From: Nannocystis bainbridge
Lineage (GTDB): Bacteria; Myxococcota_A; Polyangia; Nannocystales; Nannocystaceae
Reading direction: 5' to 3'
NCBI RefSeq assembly: GCF_028368995.1
Contig: NZ_JAQNDL010000001.1
Coordinates: 512,001 to 576,000 of the forward strand
Length of the DNA stretch: 64,000 nt
Below are positions 1 to 8,991 of the stretch, piece after piece; within the stretch, counting starts at the first letter, position 1, and every line of letters begins with the position of its first letter. The notes beneath the pieces were generated by a model, which saw only the letters and a list, made by a program, of their open reading frames with translations, was not told the DNA's origin and searched no databases. A program made the translations under genes and the position numbers.

Positions 1-825
1 CTCGCCCTGATACGGCTTGTCGGCCACCCAGCCGGCCGAGAGGATGCCCGCGCCGCCGCTGCCGCCGCGGGTCTTGGCGACGAAACCATAGACGTGATTG
101 TTGAAGATCCGGCAGTGGTTGGCGAGCTTGCCGTCGCCGTTGGAGATGCCGAGGCCGACGCTCTCCTCGGTGGTGGTGACCTCGAAGCCGTCGATGTCGA
201 CGTAGTCGCCGACGTTCTGCAGCGGGATGGTGGGCGCGGTTACCCTGGCCTGCCAGCGCTCGACCGAGACGTAGTGAATGCGCGCGTCCGCGGTCCCGTG
301 GGCGGTGTTCTTGAAGGCGCCGTAGTCGCCGGGGTACACGCACACGGTGTCGCCCGCGGCGACGATGCCGGTGGCCGCCTTGATGGTGGCGAGCGCCTGG
401 TCCTTGGCCGCGCCGGAGTTGCCGTCCTTGCCGGTGAACTGGTCGACGAAGAGGGTGCAGAGGCGCTCGTCGAAGGTGGTCGACGGCGGCTCCTCTTCGC
501 CGTCCGAGGTCGTGCTGCCGCTGTCGCTGGTGCTGTCCGGGTCGCCGGTCGTGGTGCCGGTGGTGCCGGTGGTGCCGGTGACGCCGTCGCTGGTGGAGGA
601 GGTCGGGCCGGCGGTGCCGCCGTCGCCGCTGGTGGTCGTCGGCGAGAGGCTGTCGTCGCCCGTGCTGCTGCCGGTGGCGGCGGTGTCCGTCTCGCCGTCG
701 CCGGTGCTGCTGCCACCGGTGCTGCCGCCTTCGGTGCTGCCCGGCGAGGACGCGCACGCGAGCAGCGTCGCGCCGAGCATGCAGGTGCAGATCCGCGTAT
801 GGCTCTTTCGGTCCAGCAATGACAT
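1..825 (-). CDS. Secreted lipoprotein with Thr/Gly/Ser-rich linker and right-handed beta-helix (pectate-lyase-like/DUF1565-type) domain; 3' end outside window
   Basis: Own translation from ATG at 825: MSLLDRKSHTRICTCMLGATLLAC (lipobox), T/G/S linker, then LFVDQFTGKDGNSG..QALATIKAATGIVAAGDTVCVYPGDY, typical of beta-helix N-termini; open to base 1. Confidence 0.7.
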   Translation of the reverse strand, partial: MSLLDRKSHTRICTCMLGATLLACASSPGSTEGGSTGGSSTGDGETDTAATGSSTGDDSLSPTTTSGDGGTAGPTSSTSDGVTGTTGTTGTTTGDPDSTSDSGSTTSDGEEEPPSTTFDERLCTLFVDQFTGKDGNSGAAKDQALATIKAATGIVAAGDTVCVYPGDYGAFKNTAHGTADARIHYVSVERWQARVTAPTIPLQNVGDYVDIDGFEVTTTEESVGLGISNGDGKLANHCRIFNNHVYGFVAKTRGGSGGAGILSAGWVADKPYQGE

Positions 826-1299
826 GGCGGCGGGAAACTATGGAGGCGGCGGATCGATGTCAATATCCAATCGCCATGGGTGCCACAGTCCGCAACAATG
901 CTCGTACTGTCGTTTGGGAGCAACGCGCGACAGGATGGGCCCGGTGACCCCATTGTCCCACGCGTCGCCGGGGAGAGGGCGCTGAACGAGGATTCGTGGA
1001 TGGGTCGAACTGACAAACGAGGATCGCATGCGCGGAGAACAGGCGCATCGACGAATCGCAAAAGTCCACCCGAGTGTCCCCCTGAGGGATCGACCGATCA
1101 CCCGCGATCGACGCATGGGCGCGAGTCCGTCATGCCCCATTTCGCCCGGCGGTGCGGTCCTCATGTGAACGAAGGCTCCCCCTGCGGAGGTCGCACGGGG
1201 CGGGCCCGGTTCGCGGCGAGCGATCGCCACGGCGCCCGAGCGAGCATCGAGGCGCGGCCAGGGGTGATGGTTCGCGGCCCAGGCACCCGGCGGGCGGCT

Positions 1300-1323
1300 C
1301 ATGAAATGACAGCACCCATTGTC
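1300..1323. repeat. 24-bp direct repeat copy 1 (CATGAAATGACAGCACCCATTGTC)
   Basis: Identical to 2114-2137. Confidence 0.9.
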
Positions 1324-1605
1324 GGTAGCCGGACATCCTCGTCATGCGCAGCTCGAACGACACGACGTCGAGCGCCTCGCTGGTGTCCAACTCCACAAAC
1401 TCCAGCTCGCGCGATGCGGCCTGCTCACCGTGGGACGAGCGACGCCCCGGCGTGCTCGAGCTCTCGCCGGGCACGCATGCGGCTGGTCATCGAGTTCTTC
1501 TCAACCCCGACTTTTGCCGCGCAGCCGGCGGTGCTTGCGCATGCAAGAGAATGCCGTGTGATGCGCGAGCCGGTGCGCTACTCTCCCGGGCGGAGAGCGA
1601 ACACC

Positions 1606-1812
1606 ATGGGCTTCGGCCGAAATCCCTATGTTGCCAAGGCGCAAGTCGCCGAGCAGAAGGCCGAAGAAGCGGCCGACGACAACACGCGCGCGCGTCACTA
1701 CCGCGAGGCCGCCCACGAGTGGGACCGCGCCGCCGAGCGCGAGAAGCCGGGCAAGGTCCGCAAAGAGTACGAGGCCCACGCGGTCCGCCTGCGCGAGTTG
1801 GCCGGCGAGTGA
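1606..1812 (+). CDS. Small helical hypothetical protein (68 aa)
   Basis: MGFGRNPYVAKAQVAEQKAEEA...; GGAG upstream; GC3-biased codons. Confidence 0.7.
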   Translation: MGFGRNPYVAKAQVAEQKAEEAADDNTRARHYREAAHEWDRAAEREKPGKVRKEYEAHAVRLRELAGE

Positions 1813-1879
1813 ACCAGACCTGACAGCGAGTCCGCCGAAGCGCGGTCGACGGTGGGGTCCGCCGCGGGTGGCCCTGTCG

Positions 1880-2068
1880 ACCTCGCTGGCACCGCGGTGC
1901 CGCGGGCGACGAGCCGCCCGGTTGCATCGAAGGTCGCGGTCGTCACCGGCGCGGCTCGGGAGGGCCACCGCGTGCGAGCTGGCGGCTGGCGGGTCGCGGT
2001 CGGGGCGCGCCGCGGACGAGCTCGAGCGCATCGCCGCGGGCTGCCGCGAGCGCGGCGGCGAGGCGCTC
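1880..2068 (+). pseudogene. Decayed copy of the 5' end of the SDR gene at 6290
   Basis: Near-identical to about 6258-6465 (CCCGGTTGCATCGAAGGTCGCGGTCGTCACCGG...) with small deletions and loss of the ATG. Confidence 0.8.
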
Positions 2069-2113
2069 GTGGCCGGGAGTGTCGGCTCGTAACCCCTGCG
2101 CACGCCAGCGGCC

Positions 2114-2137
2114 CATGAAATGACAGCACCCATTGTC
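2114..2137. repeat. 24-bp direct repeat copy 2
   Basis: Identical to 1300-1323. Confidence 0.9.
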
Positions 2138-2283
2138 CGTAGGCCACCGCGGGCGCATTGCGAGCGCGAGCCTTCGAGGTCCCACTGCGGCGGTCGCGGT
2201 CGTCGGTCGTCGGAGCGCGGGGTCCGGCCATCGACGAAGGCGGCAGGCACAATTTTGCCGACGCGTAGCGAGGTTCCTGTAGA

Positions 2284-3093
2284 GTGACCCGCGTGAGCCC
2301 GCTGGACGCGCACCCTGCGAACCGTGTGGCCCTCGTGACCGGGGGCTGCTCCGGCATCGGCAAGGCCATCGCCGAGCGTCTCGCTGCCCGTGGCCACTCG
2401 CTCGTGCTCGTCAGCGAGCGACCGGACGCGCTCGAGGCCGTCGCCTCGGAGATCCGCGCGAGGCACCGCGTCGCCGTGCATACCGTCGCCAAGGACCTCG
2501 CCCGGCCGGAGGCCGCCGCCGAGCTCCACGCCGCCGTCGCGGGCCGAGGCCTGGCGGTCGACATCCTCGTCAACAACGCCGGCTTCTTTTTCTTCGGCGA
2601 GACCGTCGACGCCGACCCCGGGCGCGCAGCCGCAATGTTGCAGCTCCACGTCGTCACGCCCTCGCTGCTGTGCACGCTGTTCGGCCGCGACATGCGCGCA
2701 CGGGGGCGGGGCCACATCCTCATCGTCGCCAGCATCTCGGCGTGGCGCGACCTCCCCGGCATCAATTACTACGGCAGCAGCAAGAAGTACCTCCGCGGCT
2801 TCGCCCGCGCGCTCCGCTGCGAGCTCGCGGTCCACGGCGTCAACGTCACGTGTCTCGCGCCCGGGGCCACGGCGACCGCCCTGTACAGCGCGACCGCCGT
2901 GCCCGTCGAGCGCGCGCGTCGGCTCGGCGTGATGATGGACGCGGACGCCGTCGCCGAGGCCGGGCTCGCCGCGATGTTCGCCGGCCAGGCCGAGCACATC
3001 CCCGGCCGCCTCACCCGCGCGATGCTCGCGCCGCAGTGGGCCATCGACCTGCTGCGCCGCCGCGGCCCGTGGCTGCGCCGTGACGAGTCATGA
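2284..3093 (+). CDS. SDR family oxidoreductase
   Basis: TGGCSGIG, NNAG and YGSSK motifs. Confidence 0.9.
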   Translation: MTRVSPLDAHPANRVALVTGGCSGIGKAIAERLAARGHSLVLVSERPDALEAVASEIRARHRVAVHTVAKDLARPEAAAELHAAVAGRGLAVDILVNNAGFFFFGETVDADPGRAAAMLQLHVVTPSLLCTLFGRDMRARGRGHILIVASISAWRDLPGINYYGSSKKYLRGFARALRCELAVHGVNVTCLAPGATATALYSATAVPVERARRLGVMMDADAVAEAGLAAMFAGQAEHIPGRLTRAMLAPQWAIDLLRRRGPWLRRDES

Positions 3094-4292
3094 CCAGCCC
3101 GTTCGATCCGTACCGCCTCGCCGGCCTCCCGCTGCGCAACCGCGTGATCAAGGCTGCGACGTTCGAGGGCATGAGCCCCGGCGGCGCCGTGACGCCCGCG
3201 CTCGTTCGTCATCACCGCGACATCGCGGCCGGCGGCGCGGCGATGACGACCGTGGCCTACTGCGCCGTGTCTCCCGACGGCCGCACGTTCCGCGACCAGC
3301 TGCACATGCGCCAGGAGATCGTCGCGGACTTGCGCGGCCTCACCGACGCCGTTCACCGCGAAGGCGCCGCGGCCTCGCTGCAGCTCGGCCACTGCGGCTT
3401 CTTCAGCAACAACCACGACCTGATCCGCCGCCGCCCGTTCGGCCCGTCGCGCGCCCTCAATCTGCTCGGCGCCCTCGGTGGCCTCCCGTTCGCCGACGCG
3501 ATGACGCCGGACGACATCGAGGAGGTCACGCGCCAATTCGTGACCGCCGCCGGCCTCGCGCGCGAGGCCGGCTTTGACGCCGTCGAGCTCCACCTCGGGC
3601 ACGGCTACCTGCTCAGCCAGTTCCTCAGCCCCGCGACCAATCGCAGGACCGACGCGTTCGGCGGCTCTTCGGCGGCTCGCGCCCGGTTCCCGCTCGCGGT
3701 CGTCGAGCGGGTGCGGGCTGCCCTGCCGCCCGGGTTCCCGGTGCTGGCCAAGGTCAACCTCCGCGACGGCTTTCCTGGCGGGCTCGAGCTGACGGATTGC
3801 ATCGAGCTGGCGCGCTGGCTCGCGGCCCGCGGCTGCGACGCGCTCGTGCTGTCGGGCGGCTTCGTCAGCCGCGACGCCTTCTACCTGTTCCGCGGCGAGC
3901 GACCGTTACGCGCCATGATCGCCGCCGAGCGGAGCCTCCCCCAGAAAGTCGCGCTGGCGCTTTTCGGACCGCTGGTGATCCGGGCCCATCCGTTCGAGCC
4001 GATGTATTTCCTCCCGCTCGCCCGCGAGGTCCGCCGCGCGGTCGACCTGCCGCTCGTGCTCCTCGGCGGCCTGACCGCGCTCGACCACCTCCGCACGGCC
4101 CGCCGCGAGGGCTTCGAGCTCATGGCGATGGCCCGCGCCCTCGTCCATGATCCCGGGCTCGTCGCGCGTTACCAGGCCGGCGAGGCGACGATCAGCGGCT
4201 GCGTCCCTTGCAACCAGTGCGTCGCCGAGATGGACCGGCCCGGCGGGGTGCGGTGCCCTCGCCGCGTCGACGACCGGCAGATTCGTGCATGA
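3090..4292 (+). CDS. NADH:flavin oxidoreductase (Old Yellow Enzyme family)
   Basis: LRNRVIKAAT, QLGHCG, GFDAVELHLGHGYLLSQFLSP.TNRRTD, C-terminal CxxCxxC; 4-bp overlap with upstream SDR. Confidence 0.9.
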   Translation: MTSPFDPYRLAGLPLRNRVIKAATFEGMSPGGAVTPALVRHHRDIAAGGAAMTTVAYCAVSPDGRTFRDQLHMRQEIVADLRGLTDAVHREGAAASLQLGHCGFFSNNHDLIRRRPFGPSRALNLLGALGGLPFADAMTPDDIEEVTRQFVTAAGLAREAGFDAVELHLGHGYLLSQFLSPATNRRTDAFGGSSAARARFPLAVVERVRAALPPGFPVLAKVNLRDGFPGGLELTDCIELARWLAARGCDALVLSGGFVSRDAFYLFRGERPLRAMIAAERSLPQKVALALFGPLVIRAHPFEPMYFLPLAREVRRAVDLPLVLLGGLTALDHLRTARREGFELMAMARALVHDPGLVARYQAGEATISGCVPCNQCVAEMDRPGGVRCPRRVDDRQIRA

Positions 4293-4581
4293 GCACGGCT
4301 GAAGGTGCCGGTGACATCGCTGGCATCGCTACGCTCGTCCGACCTCCATCGCGTGCGGCTCCGGGGTTTGACGTGACCGACGCGACGGAGTGAGCGTCCT
4401 CCGCGCTTCGCCGTGAGCACCGTGGCCGCGCTCGGTGCCCGGATGCTTGGGCCTGCGCGATCCCTCCACGCGCACGACCGCCGCCGCCGTCCGGCTGGCT
4501 CGCATGAATGCGCGTGCTACTTTTGTCGCAGCATTGAGTGCCATGGGTTTCGATAGACCCGGGCGACGTGCGAAGGGCGTC

Positions 4582-6138
4582 ATGAGCGAACGAGCCAGTT
4601 CACCCGTCGACCGGTCGAGGCCTGGCCCCGCCGGCGTCGACGACGATGACATGCTCACGACCGAGTCATTGCGGCGGGTGAAGCCGACGCCTGCCATTCT
4701 CGCCGCCGACTGGAGCGGCGTCCCGATCTACACGATCGGCCACTCGACCCGCACGCTCGACGAATTGGTCGCCCTGCTGCGCTCCTTTGACATCGCCGTG
4801 TTGGCGGACATCCGGACGATCCCCCGCTCGCGGCACAACCCGCAATTCAACGCTGACACCCTGCCCGAGGCCCTGCGCCGCCGTGGCTTGCGATATGTGC
4901 CGCTGCCGCAGCTCGGAGGCCTCCGCCGCGCCCACAAGGATTCTCTCAATACGGCGTGGCGCAATCCGAGCTTCCGCGGCTACGCCGACTACATGGAGAC
5001 CGACGAATTCACGGCTGGCCTGGCCGCGCTGCGGGACCTGACGGTTCGCGGTCCGGTCGCGCTGATGTGCGCCGAGGCCGTGCCCTGGCGCTGCCACCGC
5101 TCGCTCGTGGCCGACGCGCTCACGGTCCGCGGCGCGCGGGTCGAGCACATCACGGCCGCCTCGCGCGCTACGCCCCACCGCCTGACCTCGTTCGCCGAGG
5201 TCCACGGCGCGCGGGTCACCTACCCTGCGCCGCCGCTCGCCACGCGCGCTCCCTTTCACCTCGAGGCGACCGTGCGCGTGCTCCAGCGCAGAGCGACCAA
5301 TCGCGTCGATCTTTGGCAGCAGGACCGTTATCTGCGGGTGTTGGACGTCGCGGGCGAAGCCGTGCTGATCGAGGTCGAAGATCGCGGCACCGTCGACGCT
5401 CCCGACCTGCATCCCGTGGTGCGTCACGGCGACCCTGCCGTCCTCACGCGCCCTGAGCTCGCGACCACCCTGCGCAAGATCCTGGGCCTCGACATCGACC
5501 CCGAGCCGCTGCACCGGCTCACCACCGCCGACCGCAGGCTCCGGACCATCGCGCTCGCCCTGCGAGGTATGCGGCCGCCGCGGTTCGCCGACTGGTTCGA
5601 GGTGTTCGCCAACGTCGTGCCGTTCCAGCAGGTCAGCCTCGACGCCGGCGCCGCCATCGTCGGGCGGCTGGTCGAGCGGTTCGGCGCCGCCCTCGAGCAC
5701 GACGGCGGCCGCTTTTACGCCTTCCCGACCGCCGCCTCGATCGCCGGCGCACGCCTGGACGCGCTGCGACGCGTCGGCCTCGGCGCGCGCAAGGCCGACG
5801 CCCTCCGGCGCATCGCCCGGGCCATCGTCGCCGGTGAATTGACCGAACCGGCGATCGCCGCCATGAGCACGCCCGACGCGCTCGAGGCGCTCGTCGAGCT
5901 GCCCGGCATCGGGCCGTGGAGCGCCGCCCTCGTGCTCCTGCGGGGGCTCGGGCGCCTCGACGTCTTCCCGCCGGGCGACGTCGGCGTCGCCCGGGGCCTG
6001 CGCGCGCTGCTCGGCGCCGACGCTCCGCTCGATCGCGTCATCGATCGCCTCGGCGATCATCGGGGCTACCTCTACTTTTGGGCCCTCGGCGGCGACCTGC
6101 TGAAACGCGGCCTCATCCACCCCGCTCCCCGCGCTTGA
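4582..6138 (+). CDS. DUF488 domain fused to AlkA-type DNA-3-methyladenine glycosylase (AlkA_N + HhH-GPD)
   Basis: IYTIGHS..DIRTIPRSR..MCAEAVPWRCHR (DUF488), then QQVS, LPGIGPWSA (HhH) and VFPPGD; start uncertain. Confidence 0.85.
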   Translation: MSERASSPVDRSRPGPAGVDDDDMLTTESLRRVKPTPAILAADWSGVPIYTIGHSTRTLDELVALLRSFDIAVLADIRTIPRSRHNPQFNADTLPEALRRRGLRYVPLPQLGGLRRAHKDSLNTAWRNPSFRGYADYMETDEFTAGLAALRDLTVRGPVALMCAEAVPWRCHRSLVADALTVRGARVEHITAASRATPHRLTSFAEVHGARVTYPAPPLATRAPFHLEATVRVLQRRATNRVDLWQQDRYLRVLDVAGEAVLIEVEDRGTVDAPDLHPVVRHGDPAVLTRPELATTLRKILGLDIDPEPLHRLTTADRRLRTIALALRGMRPPRFADWFEVFANVVPFQQVSLDAGAAIVGRLVERFGAALEHDGGRFYAFPTAASIAGARLDALRRVGLGARKADALRRIARAIVAGELTEPAIAAMSTPDALEALVELPGIGPWSAALVLLRGLGRLDVFPPGDVGVARGLRALLGADAPLDRVIDRLGDHRGYLYFWALGGDLLKRGLIHPAPRA

Positions 6139-6289
6139 GAGCCGCTCGAGGACCTCGCGGATCGTCCGCCCGAGCTCGCCGCGGGTCCGGCCGGCCTCCT
6201 CGCAAATCTGTCCCCATGAACATGTCCCTTGGGACACTCCATGCCTCACCTCGCTGGCGCGGCGGTGGTTCGCCGCCATACTGCGGGCG

Positions 6290-7282
6290 ATGAGGCGCCC
6301 GGTTGCATCGAAGGTCGCGGTCGTCACCGGTGCGTCGAGCGGGCTCGGACGGGCCACCGCGTACGAGCTGGCGGCGCGCGGCTGGCGGGTCGCGGTCGGG
6401 GCGCGCCGCGCGGACGAGCTCGAGCGCACCGCCGCGGGCTGCCGCCAGCGCGGCGGCGAGGCGCTGGCGCAGCCGACCGACGTCACCCACGAGGACGCGG
6501 TGCTGCGCCTGGCCGAGGCGGCGCTTTTGACCTGGGGCCGCATCGACGCGTGGATCAACAACGCCGGGGTGACCCTGTTCGCCCCGCTCGAGGGCGGCGC
6601 GCTCGCGGCTCACAGGCAGGTCATCGAGACCAACCTCCACGGCGCGCTGCACGGCGCGCGCGCCGTCATCCCGGTGTTTCGCCGCCAGCGCCGCGGCACG
6701 CTCATCAACATCGGCTCGGTGCTCGGCAAGATCGGTCACGCCTTCGTGCCGTCCTACGTGATCAGCAAGTTCGCCCTGCACGGGCTGTCCGAGGCGCTGC
6801 GCGTCGAGCTGGCCGAGTACCCCGACATCCACGTGTGCACGATCTTCCCCTACGCGATCGACACGCCGCACTTCCAGGTCGCCGCCAACGACATCGGCCG
6901 CCACGTCAACGCCATGCCGCCGATGCAGTCGCCCGAGAAGGTCGCGCGCGCGGTCGTCGACCTCGTCGAGCACCCCCGGCGCCAGCGCTTCGTGCCGCGG
7001 ATCGCCGAGCTCGGGCTGGTGCTCCACCGCGTCTTCCCGCGCACCATGGAGCGGCTGCTGTTCCGCGCGCTGGGGCGGTTTCACCTCGGCGCGCCCGAAC
7101 CACCGGTCGAGGGCAACCTGTTCCGGCCGGTCGCCGACGACTCCGCGGTCCACGGCCACCGACCTCCGCGCCTCGGCACGCCGGCGTTCCTGGTCTGGTC
7201 CGCGCGCGAGCTGCTGCGCATCGAGCTCGACGCCGCCCGCCGCCGCCTCCAGCAATGGCACCTCACGCGTACGACGCCGTGA
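6290..7282 (+). CDS. SDR family oxidoreductase
   Basis: TGASSGLG, INNAG, YVISK motifs. Confidence 0.9.
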   Translation: MRRPVASKVAVVTGASSGLGRATAYELAARGWRVAVGARRADELERTAAGCRQRGGEALAQPTDVTHEDAVLRLAEAALLTWGRIDAWINNAGVTLFAPLEGGALAAHRQVIETNLHGALHGARAVIPVFRRQRRGTLINIGSVLGKIGHAFVPSYVISKFALHGLSEALRVELAEYPDIHVCTIFPYAIDTPHFQVAANDIGRHVNAMPPMQSPEKVARAVVDLVEHPRRQRFVPRIAELGLVLHRVFPRTMERLLFRALGRFHLGAPEPPVEGNLFRPVADDSAVHGHRPPRLGTPAFLVWSARELLRIELDAARRRLQQWHLTRTTP

Positions 7283-8679
7283 TCGTCGGCGCCGGGCCCA
7301 ACGGTCTGGCAGCGGCGATCACCCTGGCCAGCGCCGGTCGCTCGACGCTGGTCGTCGAGGCGGGCGCGACCCCGGGCGGCGGCTGTCGCTCGGCCGAGCT
7401 GACGCTGCCGGGCTTCGTCCACGATCCCTGCGCCGCGATCCACCCGCTCGGCGCGGCCTCGCCGTACTTCCGCACCCTGCCGCTGGCGCGCCACGGGCTG
7501 GCGTGGATCGAGCCGCCGACGCCGCTGGTCCACCTGCTGGACGACGGCCAGGCGGTGCGGCTCGAGCGATCGATCGCCGCCACCGCGGCGCAGTTCGGCG
7601 CCGACGCTCAGGCCTATCACGACCTGCTGGGGCCGCTGGTCGAGCGCTTCGACGCGCTGCTGCCGATGATCCTCGGCCCGCTGCGCTGGCCCGCCGATCC
7701 GCTGCTGCTGGCCCGCTTCGGCGCGTACGGCCTGCGGTCCATGGAGGGCCTCGCGTGGCGCTTCGCCCGGGAGGCCCCGCGCGCCCTGCTGGCGGGCATC
7801 GCCGCCCACGCGATGGTCCCGCTCGACCGCCTCGCCACCGCCGCGTTCGCGCTGGTCCTGACGGCCGCCGCGCACGCGGTCGGCTGGCCGCTCGCCCGCG
7901 GCGGCTCGCAGGCGATCGTCGACGCGCTCGTGGCTCACCTGCGCGAGCTCGGCGGCGCGCTCGAGCTCGATCACGAAGTCGTCCACATCTCCGAGCTGCC
8001 GCCGGCCCGCGCCTACCTGTTCGACGTCTCGCCGCGACGCCTGGCGACGATCGCCGCCGACCGTCTGCCTCCGGCCTACCTGCGCCGGCTCGGCGGGTTT
8101 CGCCACGGCCCCGGCGTCTTCAAGCTCGACTGGGCCCTGCGTGCGCCGATCCCCTGGCGCGATCCGGCCTGCGCCCGCGCCGGCACCGTCCACCTCTCGG
8201 GCTCGCTCGCCGCCGTCGCCGACTCCGTCGTCCGCGTCCATCGCGGCGAGGTGGCCGCCGAGCCGTTCGTATTGCTCGCGCAGCAGAGCCTGTTCGACGC
8301 CAGCCGCGCGCCGCCGGGCATGCACACCGCCTGGGCCTACTGTCACGTGCCGCACGGCTCGGACCGCGACGTAAGCCGGCTCATCGAGGCCCACATCGAG
8401 CGCTTCGCCCCCGGCTTCGGCGACCTCGTCGTCGCCCGCGCCAGCCGCTCCGCCGTCGAGATCGCCCGCTACAACCCCAACTACGTCGGCGGCGACATCA
8501 ACGGCGGCCTCGCCGATCTGCGGCAGCTGTTCTTCCGCCCGCTCGTGCGCCTCGATCCGTACACCACCCCCGCGCCCGACATCTTCCTCTGCTCGTCGTC
8601 GACGCCGCCGGGCGGCGGCGTGCACGGGATGTGCGGCCACGCCTGCGCCCGCAGCGTGCTCGCGCGGGTGCTGGCGTGA
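7255..8679 (+). CDS. FAD-dependent oxidoreductase (phytoene dehydrogenase-related)
   Basis: DAVIVGAGPNGL, GGGCRS and C-terminal STPPGGGVHGMCG. Confidence 0.9.
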   Translation: MAPHAYDAVIVGAGPNGLAAAITLASAGRSTLVVEAGATPGGGCRSAELTLPGFVHDPCAAIHPLGAASPYFRTLPLARHGLAWIEPPTPLVHLLDDGQAVRLERSIAATAAQFGADAQAYHDLLGPLVERFDALLPMILGPLRWPADPLLLARFGAYGLRSMEGLAWRFAREAPRALLAGIAAHAMVPLDRLATAAFALVLTAAAHAVGWPLARGGSQAIVDALVAHLRELGGALELDHEVVHISELPPARAYLFDVSPRRLATIAADRLPPAYLRRLGGFRHGPGVFKLDWALRAPIPWRDPACARAGTVHLSGSLAAVADSVVRVHRGEVAAEPFVLLAQQSLFDASRAPPGMHTAWAYCHVPHGSDRDVSRLIEAHIERFAPGFGDLVVARASRSAVEIARYNPNYVGGDINGGLADLRQLFFRPLVRLDPYTTPAPDIFLCSSSTPPGGGVHGMCGHACARSVLARVLA

Positions 8680-8991
8680 TCGACCTCCGGCTCTGACGCA
8701 CGCCGCCGCCGCGTGATGAATCGCCGCTGCATCGTTGCATCGGCGTGACGGGCCAAAGATTCGCGTAGGCTCCGTGCAGCCGAGCTGAGCCGCGACGGGC
8801 TCGCGGCGGTGCAGACGCCCCGCTGCGAGCCGCCCAAAGCCGTCTTACCGGGCCGCAACGCCGGCTCATGGTCACGCCGCCTCGCGCCCGCGATCCGTGC
8901 CGGACTCTCACGCGACGTCCCGTGACATCGCGGACAGAATCGCAGGTCACGCGCGGCTGGGGGGCGCGGACGCGGTATCGTCGGCCCCGAC

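Noticed and set aside
94-1302. Overlapping long ORFs on alternative frames (also e.g. 23841-25841, 32692-34755, 42413-44065, 52235-54169)
   Set aside because: Arg/Pro/Ala-rich shadow or antisense ORFs of real genes, expected at this GC content
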